From the NCBI RefSeq assembly GCF_000012905.2, contig NC_007493.2:960001-992000 (forward strand): 32,000 nt of DNA. The letters are read 5' to 3'. How positions within the stretch are numbered: position 1 is the stretch's first letter; every line of letters starts with the position of its first letter. Under the pieces are notes generated by a model. The model did not search any database and was not told the DNA's origin. It worked only from the letters and a program-made list of their open reading frames with translations. Below, one piece after another: positions 18,153 through 26,051 of this stretch. This stretch comes from Cereibacter sphaeroides 2.4.1 (GTDB lineage Bacteria > Pseudomonadota > Alphaproteobacteria > Rhodobacterales > Rhodobacteraceae). The position numbers and the translations under genes are program-made.

Positions 18153-19763
18153 TCAGAAAACAAACAGGCCCTCGGCCTCGGGATCGGAGTAAGCCGACTT
18201 GCGGCTGTCGGCGGCGACGGCGCGCGAAACCGCCATCGCAGCGGCAACGGCGCCGTCAATCCGGCTGGTGCGCTGGACCTTGTGCATTCGGATCAGGCCG
18301 CTTTCGCTGCGTGAGGCGCACACGTTCTGAAGATGGTTGCGCAGGACCGGGTGCCCGTCGTGGCGGATCAGGCGACCGTTCACCACGCGCTCAAGATCGC
18401 CAGCGGCAACGCCCATAGTCAGCGGCGCCTGTCGCATCTCCACCACCGGCAGGCCCTCGTCATAGAGGCTCTGCATCATCGGCCGGGCAAGGTGCGGGTC
18501 GAAGGCGACTTCCTGCGCGTCGAAGCGGGCGCATAGCTCGCGGATCTGGTCGGCCACGGCGCTCTGGTCGATGATCGCGCCGGGCGTGGCGATCAGGTGC
18601 CCTTCATCGCGCCATCGCTCGTAAGGCACGCCGTCGCGGTCGGCGCGGACCTTGAGGTCGTCGCCGGGCACCCAGAACCACGGTTTGACACTGATCTGCC
18701 CGTCCGGGTGCTTCCACGCCGCCACCACGGCCGAGAGGTCGCCCGAGATGGACAGGTCAACGCCGATCCAGCAGGGCAGGCCCTCAAGCTCGTCCAGATC
18801 CTCGGCGAAGCGCCGGGCGTCGTAGGTGTCGAAGTCGAAGAGCGGATCGCGGCTGTTCGCCATCCACTCGTTCAAGTTGAACTGCCGGAAGGCGTAGGCA
18901 TCGCTCGGGCGGCCCTCGGCTTCCTTCGCCAGCGTGCGCAGGCCCTCAAGGCTCGGGAAGCCGTGGCGCAGGCCGGGGTTGACCTTGTGCCACGTCGCTT
19001 CGTCGGTCCAGTCGTCGCCTGGCTCGGGCGCGAACAAGATCGGCAAGAAGGCCGGGTTCACGATCTCGCCCCGCGCGACGGCCAAGGCATAGGCATATTG
19101 TTCCGCCGCGACCGTGTCGGCGCCGCGCCCGGCCGTGGTGGCGATCACGGTCAGGCTGTCGGCCACCTTGGCGGTGCCGGACTTCAGGGCTTCCCAGAGG
19201 TCGCGGCCCTTCCATGCGTGCAGCTCGTCAATCAACGTGAAGGCCGGGGTCCGGCCATGCTGCGCGCCACCATCCGACGAGATCGCCGAGAGGGTCACAT
19301 CCTCGGCGCGGAAGACGATCTTCTTTGCCGAGTTGTGCGCGTCATAGATCCGGGTGGCCGCCACGAGGCGCTTGTCGGCGCGGATGATGTTCGCGGCCTC
19401 GCGGAAGCCGATGCCCGCCTGCTCGCGGTCGCAGGCGGCGAAGATCACCTGCCCGGCGGGCACGCGCTCGGGGCCGAGGGTATGGAGAAGGGCCAGGGCG
19501 GCGGCGAGGCTGGTCTTCCGGTTGCCCCTCGGCACCAGCAGGAAGACCGTCTTCACGATCCGGCTGCCGTCCGGGTGCCGGGGTCCGTAGATCGCCCGGA
19601 CGATGCGCTCTTGCCACGGGTAGAGCTGGAAGGCCCGGCCCGGCGCGGTGCTCGCCGGGTGCTTCAGCAGGCGCAGGAACTTCACCGCCCGCTCGCCATA
19701 GCCGAACGGGTCGGGGATCGCGCTGCCGTCATAGATCCACGCCGGATAGCTGCTCTTCGTCAT
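18153..19763 (-). CDS. Terminase large subunit
   Basis: 536 aa. P-loop-like LLVPRGNRKTSLAAA, Walker-B-like FTLIDELHAW and a C-terminal nuclease region (WIGVDLSISGDLSAVV) fit the Terminase_1-type layout. The start overlaps the TerS stop. Confidence 0.85.
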   Translation of the reverse strand: MTKSSYPAWIYDGSAIPDPFGYGERAVKFLRLLKHPASTAPGRAFQLYPWQERIVRAIYGPRHPDGSRIVKTVFLLVPRGNRKTSLAAALALLHTLGPERVPAGQVIFAACDREQAGIGFREAANIIRADKRLVAATRIYDAHNSAKKIVFRAEDVTLSAISSDGGAQHGRTPAFTLIDELHAWKGRDLWEALKSGTAKVADSLTVIATTAGRGADTVAAEQYAYALAVARGEIVNPAFLPILFAPEPGDDWTDEATWHKVNPGLRHGFPSLEGLRTLAKEAEGRPSDAYAFRQFNLNEWMANSRDPLFDFDTYDARRFAEDLDELEGLPCWIGVDLSISGDLSAVVAAWKHPDGQISVKPWFWVPGDDLKVRADRDGVPYERWRDEGHLIATPGAIIDQSAVADQIRELCARFDAQEVAFDPHLARPMMQSLYDEGLPVVEMRQAPLTMGVAAGDLERVVNGRLIRHDGHPVLRNHLQNVCASRSESGLIRMHKVQRTSRIDGAVAAAMAVSRAVAADSRKSAYSDPEAEGLFVF

Positions 19764-20158
19764 CAGGTCACAGCGAGCGGGTTGTCGGCGTCGTCATCCT
19801 CGGCGGCGGTGCTGGCGATCCGCGAGCGCGACACGGGCGACAGGCCATATTCGGCCGCGAGCTGGCGGGCGGTCTGCGCAGCCCGGTTCAAGACGCCGAA
19901 CATCTTTGGGTCAATGACGCCACCGGCCGCCTGCCGCTCGCGCTCGATCTGCCGGACGATGCCCCGCGCGGTGCAGAGGTCTTCGACGCCGCCGAGGTCG
20001 GCGGTCGTGACGATCCGATCTTCCACCAGCCGGGGCAGGACGCGCTTCCACTCGGCCTTGGCCTCGGGCGACAGATGGCTCGGCGCCTTCGGCACCCGCG
20101 CGAGCGGCGCCCGGTCGGCGTTCAGGGTCGGCTTCCGGCCTCGGGTCGCGGTCGTCAT
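19763..20158 (-). CDS. Terminase small subunit, P27 family
   Basis: MTTATRGRKPT...P.HLSPEAKAEWKRVLPRL.......ADLGGVEDLC...RAAQTARQLAAEYGLSPVSRSRI matches the P27-family pattern. Confidence 0.8.
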   Translation of the reverse strand: MTTATRGRKPTLNADRAPLARVPKAPSHLSPEAKAEWKRVLPRLVEDRIVTTADLGGVEDLCTARGIVRQIERERQAAGGVIDPKMFGVLNRAAQTARQLAAEYGLSPVSRSRIASTAAEDDDADNPLAVT

Positions 20159-20469
20159 GCCGCCACCGCCTTCAGCTCAAGACCTCGCCGGCGGCCGATC
20201 TCGGCCACCTCGCGAATGTCGAAGGTCCGGCCGTCGCCCGTCACGATCCGGTCGCCCGTGGTGATGCCCGCCCGCCAGCGGATGCGGAACGTCACATGCG
20301 CGGCCTCGGACTCGCCGAAGCCGGTCGCGCTCTCGCGGTCGGTGCGCTGCACCAGCTCGGCGTGGGCCACGGCCACGGCACCCCAGAGGGTCACAACCTC
20401 GCCGGACGGGTCCACCAGCTCGGTCTTGCGTTGGATCTGGATCAGATGGCGCAGGGCTGCGCTGCGCAT
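20155..20469 (-). CDS. Head closure / head-tail adaptor protein (SPP1 gp16-like)
   Basis: Internal ATG at 20467-20469 (MRSAALRHLIQIQRKTELVDPSGEVVTLW...AHVTFRIRWRAGITTGDRIV..GRTFDIREV), the typical head-closure pattern. An ATGA overlap links it to TerS. Confidence 0.75.
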   Translation of the reverse strand: MRSAALRHLIQIQRKTELVDPSGEVVTLWGAVAVAHAELVQRTDRESATGFGESEAAHVTFRIRWRAGITTGDRIVTGDGRTFDIREVAEIGRRRGLELKAVAA

Positions 20470-20471
20470 TG

Positions 20472-20888
20472 TCAGTCCCTCCACTGAATGACGGCTTCGA
20501 GCTGCACCACGCCATGCGTATAGGCGCGCTCGGGCTGCGGGTCGCGAAGCCAGAGGATCGAAGGGCGCTGCCACTCCACCACGAAGGCGCCGGGGATCAC
20601 AGGCGCGTCGATCAGCGCGCCCATGCAGGCGGTGCCGATCTGCCGGGCGGTGCCCGCGTCTTCCAGCGCCCACACGTCCAAGGTCATGTAGATCCGCGCA
20701 ACGTGCTGGTTGCCCGAAGCCCGGCCGAGATATTGCACCTGATCGGCCTTCAGGATGACGCAGGGCATCCGGTCGGGGCGCACCGGGCCGGTGCGGACGT
20801 GATCCGCAGGCACCAGCGCCAGAACTTCGGGCGTGTCCAGCAGCGCCGCGCGCACCGCCGTCTGAAGGGCCAGGGCGGGATCAAGCAT
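20472..20888 (-). CDS. DUF3168-type tail-completion / neck protein
   Basis: 138 aa. The L..AL...L......LV...V......P....PCVIL pattern is typical of DUF3168 proteins in HK97/GTA-like head-tail modules. Confidence 0.65.
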   Translation of the reverse strand: MLDPALALQTAVRAALLDTPEVLALVPADHVRTGPVRPDRMPCVILKADQVQYLGRASGNQHVARIYMTLDVWALEDAGTARQIGTACMGALIDAPVIPGAFVVEWQRPSILWLRDPQPERAYTHGVVQLEAVIQWRD

Positions 20889-21303
20889 GGCTGCCCGCCT
20901 TTCGGATCGCCTTGCCGATGGCGCGCGACAGGCGGCTAAGTATCCTCGGCCGGGCGATCCGCCACGCCGGACGCGTGAAGGGTTGCGCCTCCATCGTCAC
21001 GGTGCCGAACTCGACAAGGTGCCCGTGGCGCATGGCGGGCGAGCCGACCGTGACCACGGCCTGATTGTCCGGGATGGTGCGCCGCCCGCCGTCGCTGGCA
21101 TAGGCGGGTGTCGTCTGGCCGGGTCCGGTGACGGCGATGCTGTCGCGCAAGGCGCCCGTGTCCACCGGGGCGAGGGCGCGCATCTTCGCGGCCACATCCT
21201 CGGCGGCCTTCACCAGAGCCGGGCGCAGCTCGGCCAGCACGTCGCCGGGGATCTGGTCGAGGCGCGCGGCCAAGCGGCGCGAGCTGTCAGAGGTTGCCGA
21301 CAT
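20881..21303 (-). CDS. HK97 gp10-family neck protein
   Basis: LRPALVKAAEDVAAKMRALAPVDTGALRDSI......HGHLVEFGT..MEAQPF is the HK97 gp10 family pattern. Confidence 0.75.
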   Translation of the reverse strand: MSATSDSSRRLAARLDQIPGDVLAELRPALVKAAEDVAAKMRALAPVDTGALRDSIAVTGPGQTTPAYASDGGRRTIPDNQAVVTVGSPAMRHGHLVEFGTVTMEAQPFTRPAWRIARPRILSRLSRAIGKAIRKAGSHA

Positions 21304-21598
21304 GGCCCGTCACCTGTTCCCGGAAAGGCGCCAGAAGATCGCGAACGCCGAACGGCACGGCCTCGGCAGAGACGCCGAAAGCAACAGCCTCACGCTGTTC
21401 ATAAAGATGCGCCGCCAGCATCAGCGCGGCTTCGACATGGGCAGGACATGCCGAGTTGAAAGCATCGCCGACATGCCCGGCAATCCATGCCTCGGCCACG
21501 GCCAGCTTGTGCGACATAAGATCCGCCTCGGCTATTGCCGTGTCAGGATCAAGGTTCAGTTGCGCCGTCAGCAGCGCGAGGGGAGACTGCGCAGCCAC
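21287..21598 (-). CDS. gp6-like head-tail connector protein
   Basis: 103 aa with a GTG start and GAGGT 7 nt upstream. LLTAQLNLDPDTA..EADL...L..AEAWI......A.......P.....A.LMLAAHLYE.RE is typical of phage gp6-like connectors. Confidence 0.65.
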   Translation of the reverse strand: MAAQSPLALLTAQLNLDPDTAIAEADLMSHKLAVAEAWIAGHVGDAFNSACPAHVEAALMLAAHLYEQREAVAFGVSAEAVPFGVRDLLAPFREQVTGHVGNL

Positions 21599-21612
21599 GG
21601 CGCTACCTCATA

Positions 21613-21625
21613 CGTTATAACATAA
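21613..21625. promoter_or_regulatory. AT-rich GTTAT-repeat motif copy 2 (GTTATAACATAAC)
   Basis: Exact reverse complement of 27315-27327. It lies 15-27 nt upstream of the gp6-like start and contains the 8-bp palindrome GTTATAAC. Confidence 0.35.
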
Positions 21626-21792
21626 CATAGATGTAGCACACTGATTCGGCCCGGAAAAGTTATTTCGGGCCTATCTTGCGCGGACCTCCCCCCGCCGGTC
21701 CCTAGATTAGTGCGAATCTCAGGCCACCGCCCCCGCGTGGGAAACGGCTTGTAGAAGGTGAGGACATAGGGAACTGTGTCGTTTAAGGTGGG

Positions 21793-23265
21793 ATGCTCGA
21801 TGGAGAGGAGCGAATTTTGAGAGTTTCAGAATATTACAAGCTCGGGCGCAACCAAGCTACATTAAAGTTCATAGATGTTGATATTAAAAACGATGCGCGC
21901 CTATTTGTGAATGCACGTGCAATCAGATTGCTGGAGTCGGAGTGGGGGGAGCATTGCGAGTATCTCCTGTCCAATTTTTTCCAAACGATTATTGACTCAA
22001 TTAGGGTCGGCGACGGGACAGCTGCGCTAACAGCCCTGCAAGCACTGCGCGAGCCAAATGAAACTCACTTGGGATTGTCTGCTGGCGAGTCTGACGGAAG
22101 AGGTCTGGGTCCCCAAAAGGCGTATCAAATCTGGAAATCATTGAAGCAAAGTAAGGCAGTGGAAACCGGCCTATTGAGTGATCTAGAGGACACGGTTCTT
22201 CTGGTGGACGGGGTTTCGGTGGATATTCTGTCGGATGTTGTTACAAACATAATCAGAGGCCCACTCATAACCTTTACTCAAGAAACGTGCGAGGAATACG
22301 GCATTCCCATGGAAAAAGGTGTGGCGTCTGGTCCGGTTTGGAACCCGGGCGCGAGATGTTGGGAAGAGGATTTTGTGAGCTTGCCTTTACCTGAAGGGGA
22401 GAAGTTAATACTGGTTCCGAAGTCAATCGTGCGGGTTGATGCGGATTATAAGGTCGGCCAGTATTATCGTCATTACGTATTGGAGTCCATGAAGATCGAT
22501 GAGATCGCTCGCAATAGTGAGCTAGTGTATACGATTAAATCAGGCGCAAGAAAGGGTGAGAGGACTGTCACCAAGACCAGCTTGGAGAAAAAATACGGAA
22601 GTCAACAAAAATCTATCTCAATCGATTACACGAATAAGCGGCCAGATCTTTTGGAGAAATACAAGAGGGATCATTCGGCTCCTACGCCAGCTCTCACACA
22701 TAGGCAAATCGCTGAGGCGCAAGGTTTGCAGCTTCCTGATTGGAAGGCCCTGCTTCAAGCTGTTACCAGTTTGGAGCCGGGAAGGAAGCAAGCATATCTC
22801 TACGAGGACGCCATAACGGATTTACTTTCCGCTCTTTTTCATCCGGTTCTCGTTGACCCGGAGAAGCAATCAGTTCTGCATGGTGGAATAAAAAGGGTCG
22901 ATCTGCGCTTTACCAATTATGCGCGGTCTGGGTTCTTTGAGTGGCTTTCTCGGCATTATTCGTGCTCATACATATTTGTCGAGTGCAAGAACTTTGGGGA
23001 GGAGCTGGGTAATCCAGAGATTGACCAAATCGCAATGCGGTTCTCAAAGGAGAGAGGCCAGTTTGGGATTGTGGTCTGCCGGAATGTCGAGAATGCGGAT
23101 CTTCTAGATCGACGGTGTAAGGCGGCGGCACAAGATGGACACGGGTTCGTTGTGGTCCTGTCAGACTCGGATCTCGGTCAATTGATTGAAGAGTCCAAGG
23201 AGGGCCTGCTTCAGACGTATGAGTTCCCAACGCTTAGAAGAAAGTTCAATCAACTAATTATGTGA
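21793..23265 (+). CDS. Unknown 490-aa protein with C-terminal PD-(D/E)xK restriction-endonuclease-like signature; candidate defence/conflict nuclease
   Basis: It is the only + strand gene in the element. It is visibly AT-rich with A/T-ending codons, against GC-rich flanks. RBS AAGGTGG lies before the ATG at 21793; an alternative is TTG at 21817 after GGAGAGGAG. The C-terminus has YEDAITDLL (helix E338), GIKRVDLRF (D370), YIFVECKNF (E397-x-K399) and then GIVVCRN. The N-terminal ~330 aa are unrecognised. Confidence 0.7.
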   Translation: MLDGEERILRVSEYYKLGRNQATLKFIDVDIKNDARLFVNARAIRLLESEWGEHCEYLLSNFFQTIIDSIRVGDGTAALTALQALREPNETHLGLSAGESDGRGLGPQKAYQIWKSLKQSKAVETGLLSDLEDTVLLVDGVSVDILSDVVTNIIRGPLITFTQETCEEYGIPMEKGVASGPVWNPGARCWEEDFVSLPLPEGEKLILVPKSIVRVDADYKVGQYYRHYVLESMKIDEIARNSELVYTIKSGARKGERTVTKTSLEKKYGSQQKSISIDYTNKRPDLLEKYKRDHSAPTPALTHRQIAEAQGLQLPDWKALLQAVTSLEPGRKQAYLYEDAITDLLSALFHPVLVDPEKQSVLHGGIKRVDLRFTNYARSGFFEWLSRHYSCSYIFVECKNFGEELGNPEIDQIAMRFSKERGQFGIVVCRNVENADLLDRRCKAAAQDGHGFVVVLSDSDLGQLIEESKEGLLQTYEFPTLRRKFNQLIM

Positions 23266-23600
23266 TTGTATCGCTCCTGCATCTGCTTCTGGCGGTCGTG
23301 GCAGGGTTTGCATAGGGCTTGCCAATTGGTGCGATCCCAGAACAGCGTCATGTCGCCCTTGTGCGGGATGACGTGATCGACCACGCCAGCGGGCGCACCG
23401 CAGAAGGCGCAGGTGGGGTGCTGGTGCAGGAATTCGGCGCGGGCCTTGCGCCACTCGTGGGTATAGCCGCGCTCGCGCGACGAGGGGCGCTTCTGGTCGA
23501 AGCGGGCCTTGCGCTCGCGGTCGCGCTGGATCTGGCAGGAACAGCGGGCGCCGTGCGGCACGAGCTGGCCGCAGGTGCAGAGGTGCGGGGGCCGGGGCAT
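23250..23600 (-). CDS. HNH endonuclease (phage packaging-associated type)
   Basis: Zinc-finger cysteines (CTCG...CSC, CAFCG, CKPCH) and the HNH core VDHVIPH....LFWDRTNWQALCKPCH. The 3' end overlaps the + strand ORF by 16 nt. Confidence 0.85.
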   Translation of the reverse strand: MPRPPHLCTCGQLVPHGARCSCQIQRDRERKARFDQKRPSSRERGYTHEWRKARAEFLHQHPTCAFCGAPAGVVDHVIPHKGDMTLFWDRTNWQALCKPCHDRQKQMQERYNHIIS

Positions 23601-23602
23601 GG

Positions 23603-24199
23603 TCAGCCCGCCAGAGCGGCAAGGGCGCGCAGGCCCTCGCGGTCAAAGTCGGGGTCGAGACCTTCCGCTAGGTTCCTCTCGCGCCGGGCGGTGTCGCCGG
23701 GGTCGGCTTCGTCGGCGGTGCCGTGCAGCGCCTTGAGCTGGGCAATCCGACCGTCGAAGGCCAGGATAATTTCCGCCGGAGTCGCATTCAGAGTCTCGGC
23801 CGGGGTCCAGCCCAGCCAGCCGGTGCCGATCTTGTAAAGCTCGGTCAGCGCGTCGACCCACGGCAGCGGCTTCGCCTTCGGGGTGGGCTTGCTGGACTCG
23901 TCAGGCGGCAGCAGCAGCCCTTCGCAGAGGGCGGCAACGGGTGCCTGCACCGCGCGCAGAAAGGGCGCCAGTGGGACGTTCCGGGCGCTGGCAAGGAAGC
24001 TCTCGGCCCGGTGGGGATCGGTCGCGGCGGTGCGGATGATCGCGTGCAGCGTCTGGGTGTCGGCCTCGTCCAGCTTCTCGAAGAGCCGGGCAAAGCCGTC
24101 ATGCAGGCGCTCAAGGATGAGCGCCGCCCGCAGAGACGGGCGCAGGCGCAGGGTGTGTTCCCTATGCGTCAGCGTGATCTCTTCGGGCGCGAGAGGCAT
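23603..24199 (-). CDS. Tail-assembly-chaperone-like protein (GTA g10-like N-half fused to g10.1-like C-half)
   Basis: The N-half ITLTHREHTLRLRPSLRAALILERL...DTQTLHAII resembles the Phage_TAC_11 pattern. The C-half WLGWTPAETLNATPAEIILAFDG resembles the short RcGTA-type chaperone extension. This is a family call from memory only. Confidence 0.5.
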   Translation of the reverse strand: MPLAPEEITLTHREHTLRLRPSLRAALILERLHDGFARLFEKLDEADTQTLHAIIRTAATDPHRAESFLASARNVPLAPFLRAVQAPVAALCEGLLLPPDESSKPTPKAKPLPWVDALTELYKIGTGWLGWTPAETLNATPAEIILAFDGRIAQLKALHGTADEADPGDTARRERNLAEGLDPDFDREGLRALAALAG

Positions 24200-25734
24200 C
24201 AGGCCGCGACCTTCAGCTTCACGAAGCGGTCGGGGTGCGTCAGGTCGGCACCCACACGCTTGCGGGCGTGGAAGCGGACCTGCCCCTTGGTCGCGAGGCT
24301 GAACGGGTCGCGCATGATCGCGAGGCCCACGCGATCCACGATGCGGTAGCCGGACAGATCGCCGAACAGGATCGGGGTGGCGCCCGCCGTCATGTTCGGC
24401 ATATCCGGCGCTTCGACCACGGGGCGGCCGAGAAGCGTGGTCGGGGCCTTCTCCGAGATGCTGTCCAGGAGAAGCGGCTCGCCCATGCCGTTGAAGTAGG
24501 TGCGCAGCTTGGCCAGCGTGGTGCGGTTCATCACCCAGACAGCATTCTGTGCATAGACGGTAGGGATCGCGTGATAGGCTTCGATCAGCGATGCAACGGT
24601 GATCGTGCCCGCACCGCCGCTCAGGGTCGCGATGCCCGCCGCCGCCATGATACCCTTCGGCTTGCCCACACCGTCGCCGTTGACGAAGGCCGCGCTCTCG
24701 GCGCGCCCGAAGCTCTCGGCGAAGTCGGCCATCAGCTCGCCTTCGAGATTGTAGGCGTTGTCTTCCAGAAGTGCGTTCGAGATGTCGGTGAAGGTCGCCA
24801 GCTCGTGCGGGGTCAGCGTGACCTGATCGAAGCTCGGTTCCGATCCGGTGCGGTCGCCGACTTCCGAGACCCAGGTCGCCGAGGTGCCGGTGACGCGCTT
24901 GGGATAGGTGATCTCGGGCGCGCTGATCTGGACGACGCGGGCATACTTGCGGATCGGGCTGAACTCGATCAGGTTCTTGAACAGCTCGTCGCCGAACTCC
25001 TTCGGCGCGAGGTAGCCGCCGTTCGCGGCGGTCGAGACGGTCAGCGACTTGGTGTCAGCGGGGTCCATCCGCTCCACGCCGCGCCGGACATAGCCGCCGA
25101 AGGCCTTCGCTTCGGCGCTCGGGGCCGGGCCGGTCGTCGTGACGCCGGGGCGGTTGGCCTTTGCTTCGAGCTGGTCGAGGCGCTGCTTCAGCGCGTCGAA
25201 CGCCTTGGTGTCGATCTCCGGCGCGTTGGCCGGGGTGGTCTGGTCTTCGTTCTCCACGGGGGTCTTTCCTTCGGTGCATGGTTCTGCCGTGTCATCTGCG
25301 GCCTTGATGGAATGGATCTGCGCGCCCGGATGACACGGGACGGCGACAACGGAGACTTCGAGAAGCCTCAGCTTCGAGATGGAGCGGCCACGGGCGCGGG
25401 GCTTGGCGGCCTCGGTCTCGAAGCCGATGGAGAGGCCCGAGACGGCGCCTGCGCGGATCATGGCGCGGACCTCGCGGGCGCGTTCCACGTCCTGCACGAG
25501 AAGGCGGCCCTTCACGGTCAGGCCCTCGGGCGTCTCGGCGATCTGGTCCCAGACGCCGATCACCTGCGTCTGATCATGCGCGAACAGCATCGGCAACTCG
25601 GCCGGGCCGGTGAAGGCGCCCTTCTCGATCACGTCGCCCACGCGGTCGGGGGTTCCGAAGGGCCAGGCAAGGCCGGTGATCTCGCCGGTCTCTTCGACGG
25701 TCAGCGCCGCCTTGATCTCGATACGGTCGCTCAT
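24199..25734 (-). CDS. Fused HK97-family prohead protease and HK97-family major capsid protein (511 aa)
   Basis: ATG at 25732-25734 (MSDRIEIKA). The protease part has LFAHDQTQVIGVW...GLSIGF. After a linker (AEPCTEGKTPVENEDQTTPANAPE plus the coiled DALKQRLDQLEAKANR) comes the MCP part, GGYLAPKEFGDELFKNLIEFSPIRKYARVV...ATWVSE...LATFTDISNALLED...VNGDGVGKPKGI. It is one uninterrupted frame. Confidence 0.8.
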   Translation of the reverse strand: MSDRIEIKAALTVEETGEITGLAWPFGTPDRVGDVIEKGAFTGPAELPMLFAHDQTQVIGVWDQIAETPEGLTVKGRLLVQDVERAREVRAMIRAGAVSGLSIGFETEAAKPRARGRSISKLRLLEVSVVAVPCHPGAQIHSIKAADDTAEPCTEGKTPVENEDQTTPANAPEIDTKAFDALKQRLDQLEAKANRPGVTTTGPAPSAEAKAFGGYVRRGVERMDPADTKSLTVSTAANGGYLAPKEFGDELFKNLIEFSPIRKYARVVQISAPEITYPKRVTGTSATWVSEVGDRTGSEPSFDQVTLTPHELATFTDISNALLEDNAYNLEGELMADFAESFGRAESAAFVNGDGVGKPKGIMAAAGIATLSGGAGTITVASLIEAYHAIPTVYAQNAVWVMNRTTLAKLRTYFNGMGEPLLLDSISEKAPTTLLGRPVVEAPDMPNMTAGATPILFGDLSGYRIVDRVGLAIMRDPFSLATKGQVRFHARKRVGADLTHPDRFVKLKVAA

Positions 25735-26051
25735 GCCGCCGTCTCCGCGCCGTTCCAACGCGTTTCGAGAATGTCGAGGGCGAGCGGATAGACCTCGCCC
25801 ATCGGGCGGTTGCGGGCGTAGGTATCGACCAGCCGGGCGGCCTCTTGCGGGGTCGCACCGCCGCCGATCAGGCCGAGGCGGATCACCTCGGGCACGTCCT
25901 GCCCCCGGAAGGCGCCCGCGACGGTGCGCAAGTAGATGGCGCCGATCCCGGTTTCGGTCAGGGCTTCCAGCTCGGCGCACATGGCGTCGGTCAGGGCGAA
26001 AGTGCGTTCGCGGTCGCCGAAGAAGGCGACGTGCTTGATGGCGTCGATCAT
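25731..26051 (-). CDS. Small protein (106 aa), second TAC_11-like / GTA g10-like protein between portal and protease
   Basis: ATG at 26049-26051. VAFFGDRERTFALTDAMCAELEALTETGIGAIYLR...DVPEVIRLGLIGGG resembles the GTA g10 pattern. It has ATGA overlaps with both neighbours. Confidence 0.45.
   Translation of the reverse strand: MIDAIKHVAFFGDRERTFALTDAMCAELEALTETGIGAIYLRTVAGAFRGQDVPEVIRLGLIGGGATPQEAARLVDTYARNRPMGEVYPLALDILETRWNGAETAA

Noticed and set aside
18597-25791. Long + strand ORFs opposite the structural genes, for example 18597-20264 (555 aa) and 24235-25791 (518 aa).
   Set aside because: They show the same high-GC shadow-frame composition (Arg/Gly/Ala/Pro-rich, no motifs, no RBS). The minus-strand frames encode clear terminase and capsid proteins.
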